A stretch of 44,916 nt of DNA. It comes from an uncultured Ruminococcus sp. Its GTDB lineage: Bacteria; Bacillota; Clostridia; Oscillospirales; Acutalibacteraceae. The stretch spans positions 1-44,916 of the forward strand of contig CADCQO010000145.1 in assembly GCA_902803585.1 (NCBI GenBank), written 5' to 3'. Position 1 is the first letter of the stretch; every line of letters starts with the position of its first letter. A program made the position numbers and the translations under genes. Positions 9,001 through 17,344 of this stretch are shown in pieces. The notes beneath the pieces are model-generated. The model made no database searches, was not told the origin of the DNA, and saw only the letters and a program-made list of their open reading frames with translations.

Positions 9001-9918
9001 TCAGGTTAAAAAGCCGTCAATGATGGTAGTTTCAGCTTCTTCTTCTGTCATGCCTAATGTACGCAGTTTGAGAATTTGTTCGCCTGCAATTTTGCCGATA
9101 GCCGCCTCATGAATCAGTGCAGCATCATTATCCCTTGCGTGAAGTTCCGGTGCAGCATCTACTTTGCCGTTTTCAGAGATGATGGCATCGCATTCCGAAT
9201 GCCCTGTACAGGGAGCATTGCCGACAATTACCGAGTGATAGGACTGATGGGAATTATCCCTTGCAACAGAACGGGAAATCAGGTCAACACCGGAATCCTT
9301 GCCGTTCATTTCCACATGGAATTCTGTCTGTGCAGTCTGTTCCTTCTCTGTCAGGATTCTTTCACGGATATACAGCTTTGCTCCCGCTCCCAATTTCGCA
9401 TTAGTGGTACGGATTGTTTTGTCCACACCGCCTATCTGTGCAGTATCCATTTCAAGAACAGCATTTTCCTCCAGTTCAGCGTCTGTTACAGGGTCAATGG
9501 AGCGGATTCCTGTACCATGACCTTTGCCAACGTGCTTTTCCAGATATTTTACATGAGAACCTTTGCCGAGGAAAAAGCGGTGAATACCGTTGTGTCTGGC
9601 AGGTTCTCCCGTTTCAGTATGAATACCGCAGCCCGCCACGATAGTCACATCAGCATTTTCACCAACAAAAAAGTCATTGTACACCAGATCATCTACGCCG
9701 CCCTGTGTTACGCACGCAGGAATAGATACGGTTTCATCTTTTGTACCGGGAGCAATAAAAATTTCCAGACCGGGCTGGTCTTTTTTTGATTCTATTTTGA
9801 TATTTTTGCTGGATACTCTTCCGGCACACTGACCATTTTCACGGATATTGTAAGCACCCTTGAAAGAGCCGTCCCATTCAGAAATTTCTCTCAGCAAATC
9901 TTTAGTGATCTCATTCAT
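9001..9918 (-). CDS. SufB/SufD-family Fe-S assembly-like protein
   Basis: SufBD beta-helix type sequence (SRSVARDNSHQSYHSVIVGN, HEAAIGKIAGEQILKLRTLGMTEEEAETTIIDGF). Start trimmed to the ATG at 9918 (MNEITKDLL), which overlaps the upstream stop in a TGATG arrangement and is preceded by AGGAGG. Confidence 0.8.
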   Translation of the reverse strand: MNEITKDLLREISEWDGSFKGAYNIRENGQCAGRVSSKNIKIESKKDQPGLEIFIAPGTKDETVSIPACVTQGGVDDLVYNDFFVGENADVTIVAGCGIHTETGEPARHNGIHRFFLGKGSHVKYLEKHVGKGHGTGIRSIDPVTDAELEENAVLEMDTAQIGGVDKTIRTTNAKLGAGAKLYIRERILTEKEQTAQTEFHVEMNGKDSGVDLISRSVARDNSHQSYHSVIVGNAPCTGHSECDAIISENGKVDAAPELHARDNDAALIHEAAIGKIAGEQILKLRTLGMTEEEAETTIIDGFLT

Positions 9919-10643
9919 CAGAACAGAGCCTCCTGTTTGTAGCATTTTCCAGTAATGGCGTTATTTTCAGTCAACACCTTCATCATATCTTCAGGTTTTC
10001 CCTGTGCCTGAATACTGCCGTTGGCAACCACAACAATTTCATCAGCAATTTTCAGAATTCTTTCCTGATGGGAGATAATGACGATGGAGCCGTTAATGTT
10101 TTTTCTCATATCCTCAAAGGTTTTTATCAGACTGGTAAAGCTCCACAGGTCAATGCCCGCCTCAGGTTCATCAAATACAGTCAGAACAGAATGTCTTGCC
10201 AGAACAGTAGCGATTTCAATACGCTTGATTTCTCCGCCGGAAAGGGTGGAGTTGACTTCACGGTCAATGTATTCCTCCGCACAAAGCCCTACCTTGCTCA
10301 TGATATCACAGACTTTGCTCAGAGGCATCTGTTCGCCTGCCGCCAGTTCGATCAGCTTTCTGACAGTAATTCCTTTGAAACGGACAGGCTGCTGAAAAGC
10401 AAAACTGATACCGGCTTTGGCTCGTTCGGTAATATCGACATCAGTAATATCGGTGTCATTAAGATAAATTTTACCGCTGTCCTGACGGTAAATACCAGCA
10501 ATAATTTTGGCAAGGGTAGTTTTACCGCCCCCGTTCGGACCAGTGATAACAACCAGTTTACCGTCCGGAACAGTCAGATTGAGATTACGGAGCACCCCGA
10601 CCCCTTCGGGGGTGTTCCACGATATATTTTCCAGCCTAAGCAA
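9918..10643 (-). CDS. sufC: SufC-like ABC ATPase
   Basis: Walker A GPNGGGKTT, signature LSGGEIKR and Walker B VFDEPEAGID. Probable TTG start with upstream AAGGATGA. Translationally coupled to the SufBD gene. Confidence 0.82.
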   Translation of the reverse strand: MLRLENISWNTPEGVGVLRNLNLTVPDGKLVVITGPNGGGKTTLAKIIAGIYRQDSGKIYLNDTDITDVDITERAKAGISFAFQQPVRFKGITVRKLIELAAGEQMPLSKVCDIMSKVGLCAEEYIDREVNSTLSGGEIKRIEIATVLARHSVLTVFDEPEAGIDLWSFTSLIKTFEDMRKNINGSIVIISHQERILKIADEIVVVANGSIQAQGKPEDMMKVLTENNAITGKCYKQEALF

Positions 10644-10698
10644 TGCGAATCATCCTTTTCTTTTGAAATATTTTGGGTTTCATTGAACAATCCTATCT

Positions 10699-10727
10699 AT
10701 TATATCATACATCTGCGGAATATACAA
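10699..10727 (-). promoter_or_regulatory. Putative sigma-A promoter of the sufC-like operon
   Basis: Minus strand reads TTGTAT (10727-10722), a 17-nt spacer, then TGaTATAAT (-10 hexamer at 10704-10699). Confidence 0.5.
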
Positions 10728-11004
10728 ATGTTTTTTGAGGGTTTTTGCGGGGTTTTGCGAACATTCTTTCCGGCAGCAGATGTTTTTGAAAATCTGATAC
10801 TGTAAAGTATTTTGCTTTACACACGAAAGCTATGCAAACAGGCATAAAAACAGAGTTTTTTAAGACTTCAAGCCGAGCTGCTTTACCGTATTCGTCCGGA
10901 AAATCTTCACATACATATGATAATCCGTGAATATAACGCTTGTCAAGGTAAAACCCTTTTTTCTTGAGGGAAAAATGTGTTTGATAAGAAAATTTCCTGA
11001 TATA

Positions 11005-11033
11005 TTGTACAAACCCGTTTTTTATGATATAAT
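11005..11033 (+). promoter_or_regulatory. Putative sigma-A promoter of fhs
   Basis: TTGTAC (11005-11010), a 17-nt spacer, then TGaTATAAT (-10 hexamer at 11028-11033). Confidence 0.55.
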
Positions 11034-11127
11034 GGGAACGCAGTACAGTTCCGCCCTTTGATCAGGCAGGTGAAAATGCCTGACGGCAGGACTGTCTGTA
11101 TTTTAAACATTTGAGGGAGAGATGAAT

Positions 11128-12795
11128 ATGCTTTCGGATATCGAAATTGCTCAGCAGGCAAAACCTGAACCGATACGGCAAATTGCACAGAAGCTGGGTA
11201 TTGATGAGGATTATCTGGAATATTACGGCAAGTATAAAGCAAAGCTGTCAGAGGAACTCATCAGGGAAAAAGCAGCAGGAAAGGACGGTAAGCTGATTTT
11301 AGTAACCGCTATCAATCCGACCCCTGCCGGAGAGGGTAAAACAACAACCTCTGTCGGACTGGGTGATGCACTTTCCAGAATCGGCAAAAAGACAATCATT
11401 GCACTGCGTGAACCATCGCTGGGACCGGTGTTTGGCGTCAAGGGCGGTGCAGCCGGCGGCGGTTATGCACAGGTAATTCCTATGGAAGATATCAATCTGC
11501 ACTTCACAGGCGATATGCACGCTATTACAGCTGCCAATAACCTGCTCTGTGCAATGCTCGATAACCATATTCAGCAGGGAAATGCACTCGGTATTGATGT
11601 AAAGAGAATTCTTATCAAGCGCTGTCTGGATATGAATGACCGTGAGCTGAGAAATATTGTGGCAGGCTTAGGCGGCAGGGTAAATGGTGTACCCCGTGAG
11701 GACGGTTTTATTATTACTGTCGCCAGCGAGGTTATGGCAATCCTTTGCCTGTCTGCTGATGTAACGGATCTGAAAGAAAGACTCGGCAGCATTCTGGTAG
11801 CGTATACATTTGAAGGCAAGCCTGTTTATGCGGCTGATCTGAAAGCCAATGGCGCAATGGCAGCATTGCTGAAAGATGCTGTCAAACCGAATCTGGTACA
11901 GACACTGGAGGGAACACCCGCTATTATGCACGGCGGCCCCTTTGCTAATATTGCACATGGCTGCAACTCAGTCAGAGCAACGAAACTTGGTCTGAAACTG
12001 GCGGATTATTGCGTAACAGAGGCAGGCTTCGGTTCGGATCTGGGTGCAGAAAAGTTTTTTGATATCAAATGCCGTAAAGCCGGACTGAAACCATCGGCAG
12101 TTGTTCTGGTTGCAACAGTTCGTGCGCTGAAATATAACGGCGGCGTACCGAAGGCGGATTTGGGACAGGAGAATCTTGAAGCCCTGAAAAAAGGCATTGT
12201 CAATCTGGGTGTACATATCGGAAATATGCATAAGTATGGCGTACCGGTAGTTGTTGCCATCAACCGTTTCGGTGCAGATACGGATGCAGAACTGTCCTTT
12301 GTTGAAGACTACTGCAAGAGTCTTGGTGCAGACTTCACTTTGTCAGAAGTTTTTGCCAAAGGCGGCGAAGGCGGCAGAGAATTAGCGGAAAAAGTAGCGG
12401 CAGCTGTGGAGAAGCCTTCTGAATTTCACCCGCTGTATGCGCTGGATCTGTCCGTCAAAGAGAAAATTGAAACGATTGCCCGCCAGATCTACGGTGCTGA
12501 CGGCGTGATTTATACCACAGCAGCAGAAAAGGCGATTGCTGAAATCGAGAAGCTGAATGTACAGGGTCTTCCGGTTTGTATTGCCAAAACACAGTATTCC
12601 CTGTCAGATGATCCGACTTTGCTGGGTCAGCCGAAAGACTTCAAAATCACGGTGCGTGATGCCCGTCTGTCAAACGGTGCAGGATTTGTTGTTGTTTACA
12701 CAGGTGATATCATGACAATGCCCGGACTGCCCAAAGTACCAGCTGCCGAAAAAATTGACGTGGATGCCAACGGCAGAATCACAGGACTTTTCTGA
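11128..12795 (+). CDS. fhs: Formate--tetrahydrofolate ligase
   Basis: Full-length FTHFS similarity ([46 protein letters not shown]). The ATG at 11128 has better spacing to GAGGGAGAG than the ATG at 11122, which remains an alternative start. Confidence 0.95.
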   Translation: MLSDIEIAQQAKPEPIRQIAQKLGIDEDYLEYYGKYKAKLSEELIREKAAGKDGKLILVTAINPTPAGEGKTTTSVGLGDALSRIGKKTIIALREPSLGPVFGVKGGAAGGGYAQVIPMEDINLHFTGDMHAITAANNLLCAMLDNHIQQGNALGIDVKRILIKRCLDMNDRELRNIVAGLGGRVNGVPREDGFIITVASEVMAILCLSADVTDLKERLGSILVAYTFEGKPVYAADLKANGAMAALLKDAVKPNLVQTLEGTPAIMHGGPFANIAHGCNSVRATKLGLKLADYCVTEAGFGSDLGAEKFFDIKCRKAGLKPSAVVLVATVRALKYNGGVPKADLGQENLEALKKGIVNLGVHIGNMHKYGVPVVVAINRFGADTDAELSFVEDYCKSLGADFTLSEVFAKGGEGGRELAEKVAAAVEKPSEFHPLYALDLSVKEKIETIARQIYGADGVIYTTAAEKAIAEIEKLNVQGLPVCIAKTQYSLSDDPTLLGQPKDFKITVRDARLSNGAGFVVVYTGDIMTMPGLPKVPAAEKIDVDANGRITGLF

Positions 12796-12812
12796 TAGGA
12801 GAGAGGAAAGCA

Positions 12813-13235
12813 GTGCAAAAGCTTTTGAGTACCTCCGAACAGCAGACGGAGGAGTTAGCGGAACGGCTGGCGCAGACCCTGAAAGGAAACGAAATCATTG
12901 CCATGTTCGGCGGTATGGGTGTCGGAAAAACGGCTTTTACCAGAGGTCTTGCCAGAGGTCTGGGCATTACCGACGGCGTAGCCAGTCCGACCTTTGCCCT
13001 TGTGCATGAGTATGAGGGGAAATATATGCTTTATCATTTCGATATGTACCGCATCAATTCCTACGATGATTTGTATTCTACCGGTTTTTTCGATTATCAG
13101 GATAACGGCGTAATGGTTGTTGAATGGAGCGAAAACATCGAGCCGTTTCTTCCGAAAGACAGAATTAATGTTACCATTCGCCGCGTGTCTGACAATGAAC
13201 GGGAGATAATGATAGAGGGGGCAGAAATACAATGA
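12813..13235 (+). CDS. tsaE: tRNA t6A37 biosynthesis ATPase TsaE
   Basis: P-loop GGMGVGKTAFTRGLARGLG, SPTFALVHEY and HFDMYR motifs. GTG start follows GGAGAGAGGAAAG. Confidence 0.9.
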   Translation: MQKLLSTSEQQTEELAERLAQTLKGNEIIAMFGGMGVGKTAFTRGLARGLGITDGVASPTFALVHEYEGKYMLYHFDMYRINSYDDLYSTGFFDYQDNGVMVVEWSENIEPFLPKDRINVTIRRVSDNEREIMIEGAEIQ

Positions 13236-13942
13236 TAATACTGGCAATAGATACCTCAGCATCTCCTGTATCTGCAGCTGTTTTGCGGGACGGTTGTCTG
13301 GTGGGAGAATTTTTTCTGAATACCAAAACGACCCACAGTCAGACCCTGATGCCGATGGTAGAATCCATTTTGTCGCTGTCAGGTATAGGTCTGAGTGACA
13401 TAGATGTGTTTGCAGTGAATGCGGGACCAGGTTCTTTTACGGGTGTCAGAATCGGTGTTGCCTCCATCAAAGGAATGACTTTGGCGCAGGAAAAGCCCTG
13501 TGCAGCGGTTTCTACATTAGCGGCGATGGCATATGGTTTGCCGTATACCAACGGAATAGTATGTGCTGTTATGGATGCCCGCTGTTCACAGGTATATAAT
13601 GCTTTGTTCCGTTTAAAAAACGGTTCCGCAGAACGTCTGACAGAAGACCGGGCACTTTCTATTGAAGAATTGTCCGCAGAATTGTTGTCCTATGCGGGAG
13701 AAGAGATTTATCTGGCAGGAGACGGCGCAGAGTTGTGTTTTCAGAATTTTGCGGGCAAAGTGCCGGGTATTGTCATGACACCAATGAATATTCGTTACCA
13801 GCATGCTTATGGAACAGCAAGGGCAGCAGAACGATTGATAGAGGAAAACCGTCTTTGTTCATCAGATGAGCTGATGCCGGTTTATCTGCGTGTACCACAG
13901 GCGGAACGTGAACGTCTGGCAAGACAGCAGCAGACAACTTAA
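13232..13942 (+). CDS. tsaB: tRNA t6A37 biosynthesis protein TsaB
   Basis: MIILAIDTSASPVSAAVL... and GPGSFTGVRIG motifs. ATGA overlap with the tsaE stop. Confidence 0.9.
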   Translation: MIILAIDTSASPVSAAVLRDGCLVGEFFLNTKTTHSQTLMPMVESILSLSGIGLSDIDVFAVNAGPGSFTGVRIGVASIKGMTLAQEKPCAAVSTLAAMAYGLPYTNGIVCAVMDARCSQVYNALFRLKNGSAERLTEDRALSIEELSAELLSYAGEEIYLAGDGAELCFQNFAGKVPGIVMTPMNIRYQHAYGTARAAERLIEENRLCSSDELMPVYLRVPQAERERLARQQQTT

Positions 13943-13968
13943 CAGGACGGAGAGAAAGGGAGATTGAC

Positions 13969-14427
13969 GTGAAATTAGCTTTAGCAGCTGATCATGGTGC
14001 TTTTGAATTGAAAGAATCTATTAAAAAGCATTTGGAAGAAAAAGGAATTGAATACAAGGACTTCGGGTGTTTTTCGAAAGAGTCGGTAGATTATCCTCGT
14101 TTTGCATATATGGCAGCCAAAGCGGTAGCCAACGGCGAATATGACTTCGGTGTTATTTGCTGTACAACTGGTCTTGGTGTTTCCATCGCAGCTAACAAGG
14201 TTGACGGTATACGTGCGGCGGTCTGTACCAATGAAATGCTTGCAGAGATGACAAGACGCCACAATAATGCCAATGTCATCTGTATGGGACAGAAAGTGGT
14301 ATCGCAGGAATTAGCTGATAAATTAGTTGATATTTTCACAACAACTGAATTTGAAGGCGGCCGTCACCAGCGCAGAGTAGATTTGCTGACAGCTATCGAA
14401 AATGGGGAAGATATCTCTGTTTCATAA
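13969..14427 (+). CDS. rpiB: Ribose-5-phosphate isomerase B
   Basis: LacAB_rpiB family (ADHGAFELKESI, GVICCTTGLGVSIAANK, FEGGRHQRRV). GTG start follows AGGGAG. Confidence 0.9.
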   Translation: MKLALAADHGAFELKESIKKHLEEKGIEYKDFGCFSKESVDYPRFAYMAAKAVANGEYDFGVICCTTGLGVSIAANKVDGIRAAVCTNEMLAEMTRRHNNANVICMGQKVVSQELADKLVDIFTTTEFEGGRHQRRVDLLTAIENGEDISVS

Positions 14428-14502
14428 TTTTACCCGTTTTGAGGACGGGCGGATTTGATACAATGCTGTACTGAAAAAAGAGTCCTTCAAAACAGGAAAA
14501 GA

Positions 14503-14549
14503 AAACGGATCGCTTCACACTGACTGGAAACGATCCGTTTGATTTATTT
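14503..14549. terminator. Bidirectional rho-independent terminator (rpiB on plus, Cys-rich micro-ORF on minus)
   Basis: A 10-bp stem aaacggatcg (14503-12) / cgatccgttt (14531-40) is flanked by T-rich tracts in both orientations. Confidence 0.6.
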
Positions 14550-14649
14550 AACGATCTTTTCCTGCGGAGCGTTCAGACAAGGTTTCGCAAAAACACGAAC
14601 GGGCAGGTTATAAAGGATTCAGACTTCCGTCTGTGAATCGTGCTGAAGC

Positions 14650-14790
14650 TTAGCAGCCGCAGCCACAGCTGTTGTTGTCGTTGCAGCCACAGCCGCATCC
14701 GCCGTTGTTGCCGCCGCAGCAGCAGAGAATGACGATCAGAAGAATCACCCAAGCACAGCTGTTGTTACCAAAAAAACCATTGTTACACAT
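14650..14790 (-). CDS. Tiny Cys/Gly/Asn-rich membrane peptide, 46 aa (not in the ORF track; YjcZ-like architecture)
   Basis: Minus-strand ATG at 14790 to TAA at 14650 encodes MCNNGFFGNNSCAWVILLIVILCCCGGNNGGCGCGCNDNNSCGCGC. AGGAGG lies 9 nt upstream of the ATG. There is one central hydrophobic segment. A terminator lies downstream, and sigG lies 87 nt upstream with no intervening terminator. Confidence 0.6.
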   Translation of the reverse strand: MCNNGFFGNNSCAWVILLIVILCCCGGNNGGCGCGCNDNNSCGCGC

Positions 14791-14877
14791 AACATCTTTC
14801 CTCCTTTGATTGATTACATTCCATAATACGCATACGGGCGTTTTTTGTTACAACAATCAAAGAAGGTCGGAAAAGTT

Positions 14878-15660
14878 TTACAAGTCTTTTTTGATTTTGC
14901 CGAGAACCGTTTTTTCCAGTCGGGATACTTGTGCCTGACTGATGCCGATTTCTTCGGCTACCTCTGTCTGAGTTTTCCCTTTGAAAAAGCGCAGGGACAG
15001 AATGCGTTTTTCTCTGTCACTGAGCGCACGGATTGCTTCCTTCAGTACAATCTCATCTATCCAGTTTTTGTCATCGTTATGGTCACCTATCTGATCCATC
15101 ACATAAACCGTGTCCGTTCCATCTGTATAGATAGGTTCATACAGAGAAACGGGCTCTATAATTGCTTCCAGCGCAATGATGACATTTTCTCTCGGCAAAT
15201 CCAGAGCAGAAGAAATTTCTTCCACTGTGGGTTCCCGATTGTGTTCCGAAAGAAAAGTTTCTTTGAACTGCATTGCACGGTAAGCGGTATCCCGCAAAGA
15301 ACGGCTGACCCTTACGGTGTTGTTGTCCCGAAGATAACGGCGTACTTCACCGATAATCATTGGTACGCCATAGGTCGAAAAGCGCACTTCTTTGTCGCAA
15401 TTAAAATTGTCGATTGCCTTCATCAGACCGATACAGCCCACCTGAAAAAGGTCGTCAGGATTATCGCCTCTGCCGGCAAAACGCTGGATAACGCTCAGCA
15501 CTAAGCGCAGGTTTCCCTTTATCATTTCTTCACGAGCCTGTTTTTTTTCTTCCGGACTGCCGTTTTTGATCGTGCGGAGCAGTTCCTGCTTACGGTTTTC
15601 GGATAACACAGGGAGAGCGGCAGTATTCACACCGCATATTTCTACTTTGTTGAACGACAA
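14878..15660 (-). CDS. sigG: RNA polymerase sporulation sigma factor SigG
   Basis: Near-collinear with B. subtilis SigG as recalled (SFNKVEICGVNTAALPVL, GNLRLVLSVIQRF, DDLFQVGCIGLMKAIDNF, FSTYGVPMIIGEVRRYLRDNN, GISQAQVSRLEK). Start trimmed from 15765 to the TTG at 15660, preceded by GGAGG plus a 7-nt spacer. This gives 260 aa, the length of B. subtilis SigG. Confidence 0.9.
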   Translation of the reverse strand: MSFNKVEICGVNTAALPVLSENRKQELLRTIKNGSPEEKKQAREEMIKGNLRLVLSVIQRFAGRGDNPDDLFQVGCIGLMKAIDNFNCDKEVRFSTYGVPMIIGEVRRYLRDNNTVRVSRSLRDTAYRAMQFKETFLSEHNREPTVEEISSALDLPRENVIIALEAIIEPVSLYEPIYTDGTDTVYVMDQIGDHNDDKNWIDEIVLKEAIRALSDREKRILSLRFFKGKTQTEVAEEIGISQAQVSRLEKTVLGKIKKDL

Positions 15661-15688
15661 AACAATTCCTCCATCTTTCAGATAGAGG

Positions 15689-15718
15689 AAGTATAGACGT
15701 TTTTTGATGATGTCATGC
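15689..15718 (-). promoter_or_regulatory. Possible forespore (sigma-F/sigma-G type) promoter of sigG
   Basis: Minus strand reads GCATG (matches the GHATR -35), about 18 nt, then TATACTT (a partial match to CATnnTA). It sits between the ferredoxin terminator and the sigG SD. Confidence 0.3.
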
Positions 15719-15731
15719 ACGGGAACGAAAA

Positions 15732-15772
15732 GAAAAAACCGGCAGGATACCGTTAAAGATATCACTGCCGGT
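15732..15772 (-). terminator. Rho-independent terminator of the ferredoxin gene
   Basis: Minus strand reads ACCGGCAG...CTGCCGGT (15772-65 / 15745-38) followed by TTTTTT (plus-strand A-run 15732-37). Confidence 0.7.
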
Positions 15773-15794
15773 CTTTGGGTTACATGATTGCTTA

Positions 15795-15965
15795 TCAGCC
15801 CTCAGAAGGAGCACCAACAGGACATACGCCTGCGCAGACACCGCAATCCAGACAAGCATCTGCATCGATCTCGTACTTGCCGTCGCCTTCAGAAATAGCG
15901 CCTACAGGACACTCGCCTGCACAAGCACCGCAGGAGATGCACTCATCAGAAATTTTATAAGCCAT
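15795..15965 (-). CDS. fdx: Clostridial-type 2x[4Fe-4S] ferredoxin (56 aa)
   Basis: MAYKISDECISCGACAGECPVGAI...CLDCGVCAGVCPVGAP has two CxxCxxCxxxCP motifs. Start trimmed to the ATG at 15965, preceded by AGGAGG. Confidence 0.9.
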   Translation of the reverse strand: MAYKISDECISCGACAGECPVGAISEGDGKYEIDADACLDCGVCAGVCPVGAPSEG

Positions 15966-15995
15966 GGTATTGCCTCCTTTAATTAAACTGAAAGT

Positions 15996-16024
15996 ATTAT
16001 AGCATACCGTCATAGAAAAATCAA
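15996..16024 (-). promoter_or_regulatory. Putative sigma-A promoter of the ferredoxin gene
   Basis: Minus strand reads TTGATT (16024-19), a 17-nt spacer, then TATAAT (16001-15996). Confidence 0.55.
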
Positions 16025-16292
16025 TGTTTTTTATTATTTTTCCGATAAGATTTGTGCTGATTTTTCCGAAAATATTTAGTGGTTCAAGACAATATTTTTT
16101 GTCGATGTTGAAAAAACACGACGTTATAGGTTAAAAATGTCTAATCAGAATGGGGCAAAGAAAATTTGCCGTACTTCATGAAATGAATAATGAATGGCTG
16201 CAGAAGAAGCGTTGTAAATAGATATTTACTTTTACACTCTGATATGATAAAATGGTGTAGCAAACGAGGAATCCCTGCGGGAGGCGTTCAGA

Positions 16293-16595
16293 ATGAATGA
16301 AAAAATAAAAAGTGAAAATACAGATGCTCTTTTTGAGGCAATACTGACACTGAAAACTGTTGAAGAATGCTATGCTTTTTTCGACGATCTGTGTACTGTT
16401 CCCGAAATCAAAGCGATGTCGCAGCGTTTCGCAGTAGCCAGAATGCTGAACCAGAAAGAGGTCTACACGGAGATTGTCGAGCGCACCGGTGCCAGTACAG
16501 CTACTATCAGCCGTGTTAACCGTTCACTGCATTATGGCAGCGACGGCTATATGCTCGCAATAGAACGATTGAAGGAGGGAGGTCATACAGAGTGA
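16293..16595 (+). CDS. YerC/YecD-family TrpR-like DNA-binding protein
   Basis: 100 aa with LCTVPEIKAMSQRFAVARML...YTEIVERTGASTATISRVNRSL, the Trp-repressor-like HTH typical of YerC/YecD. Confidence 0.85.
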   Translation: MNEKIKSENTDALFEAILTLKTVEECYAFFDDLCTVPEIKAMSQRFAVARMLNQKEVYTEIVERTGASTATISRVNRSLHYGSDGYMLAIERLKEGGHTE

Positions 16596-17344
16596 GTTCC
16601 TATGTTGATTTTGCTGCTTTTTATGATGTACTGACTGAAAACGCAGATTATGAGAAACGGGCAGCATATCTGATGAAGCTTTTTGAGAAGCACCACCACA
16701 AAACGGGTCTGACATTGGATCTGGCGTGTGGTACGGGCAGTTTGACGCTCGCGCTTAGCCGTCAGGGAGTAGATATTTTCGGAGCCGACGCTTCTTCAGA
16801 TATGCTTTCAGTTGCCCAGCAGAAATTCATGGAAGATGACCGGCAGACGCTGTTTCTTTGTCAGAAAATGCAGTCATTGGAACTGTACGGTTCCATACAT
16901 ACCTGTATCTGTACGCTGGACAGCCTGAATCATTTGCCGTCTGCGGAAGACGTAGTGCGTACTTTTCAGCGTGTAGCAGAATATCTGGAAGAAGACGGTC
17001 TGTTTGTGTTTGACTGCAATACCGTTTATAAACATGAGCGGATTTTAGGGGACAACTGTTTTATTTACGACACGCCTGCTGTATTCTGTGCATGGCAGAA
17101 TAACTATTTTTCCGACCGTCATCAGGTGGTTATCACGCTGGATTTTTTTGAACCGGAGGGCAGGCATTACCGGCGTTATACGGAACAATTCTCAGAGTAT
17201 GCCTATACAAGAGAAGAAATGAATCATATGCTGCATCAGGCGGGGTTGTATACAGAGGCCGTTTATGAAGATATGACCTTTGACGAACCGAAACCCGATG
17301 CACAAAGAGAAATATTTGTGGTAAGGAAGATGAAGCATGAGTAA
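16592..17344 (+). CDS. Class I SAM-dependent methyltransferase
   Basis: Motif I LDLACGTGSLTLAL. GTGA overlap with the yerC-like stop, with SD GAAGGAGGGAGG. Confidence 0.85.
   Translation: MSSYVDFAAFYDVLTENADYEKRAAYLMKLFEKHHHKTGLTLDLACGTGSLTLALSRQGVDIFGADASSDMLSVAQQKFMEDDRQTLFLCQKMQSLELYGSIHTCICTLDSLNHLPSAEDVVRTFQRVAEYLEEDGLFVFDCNTVYKHERILGDNCFIYDTPAVFCAWQNNYFSDRHQVVITLDFFEPEGRHYRRYTEQFSEYAYTREEMNHMLHQAGLYTEAVYEDMTFDEPKPDAQREIFVVRKMKHE

Noticed and set aside
8258-10805. Plus-strand ORFs 8258..8935, 9076..9789 and 10068..10805
   Set aside because: They are antisense to the SGNH hydrolase, SufBD and SufC genes respectively, with no SD and no recognisable domains.
11034-11127. ZTP (pfl) or THF riboswitch upstream of fhs
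   Set aside because: fhs is a common ZTP target. However, the conserved 3' CCGCCUGGGC element and the P1/P2 core as I recall them are absent, and there is no THF-I-like junction. This was not confirmed by a covariance-model search.
10943-11242. 99-aa minus-strand ORF spanning the fhs promoter and start
   Set aside because: It overlaps the fhs promoter, leader and 5' coding region in antisense. It has no SD and no homology.
14845-15504. 219-aa plus-strand ORF opposite sigG
   Set aside because: It is an antisense shadow of sigG. The minus-strand frame has near-complete collinearity with SigG.
15739-15751. 13-nt identity ccggcaggatacc shared between the ferredoxin terminator (15739-51) and the start of the frr-uppS spacer (29496-508)
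   Set aside because: By a rough estimate, tens of 13-mer coincidences are expected by chance in 45 kb on two strands. There is no extended similarity around the match.
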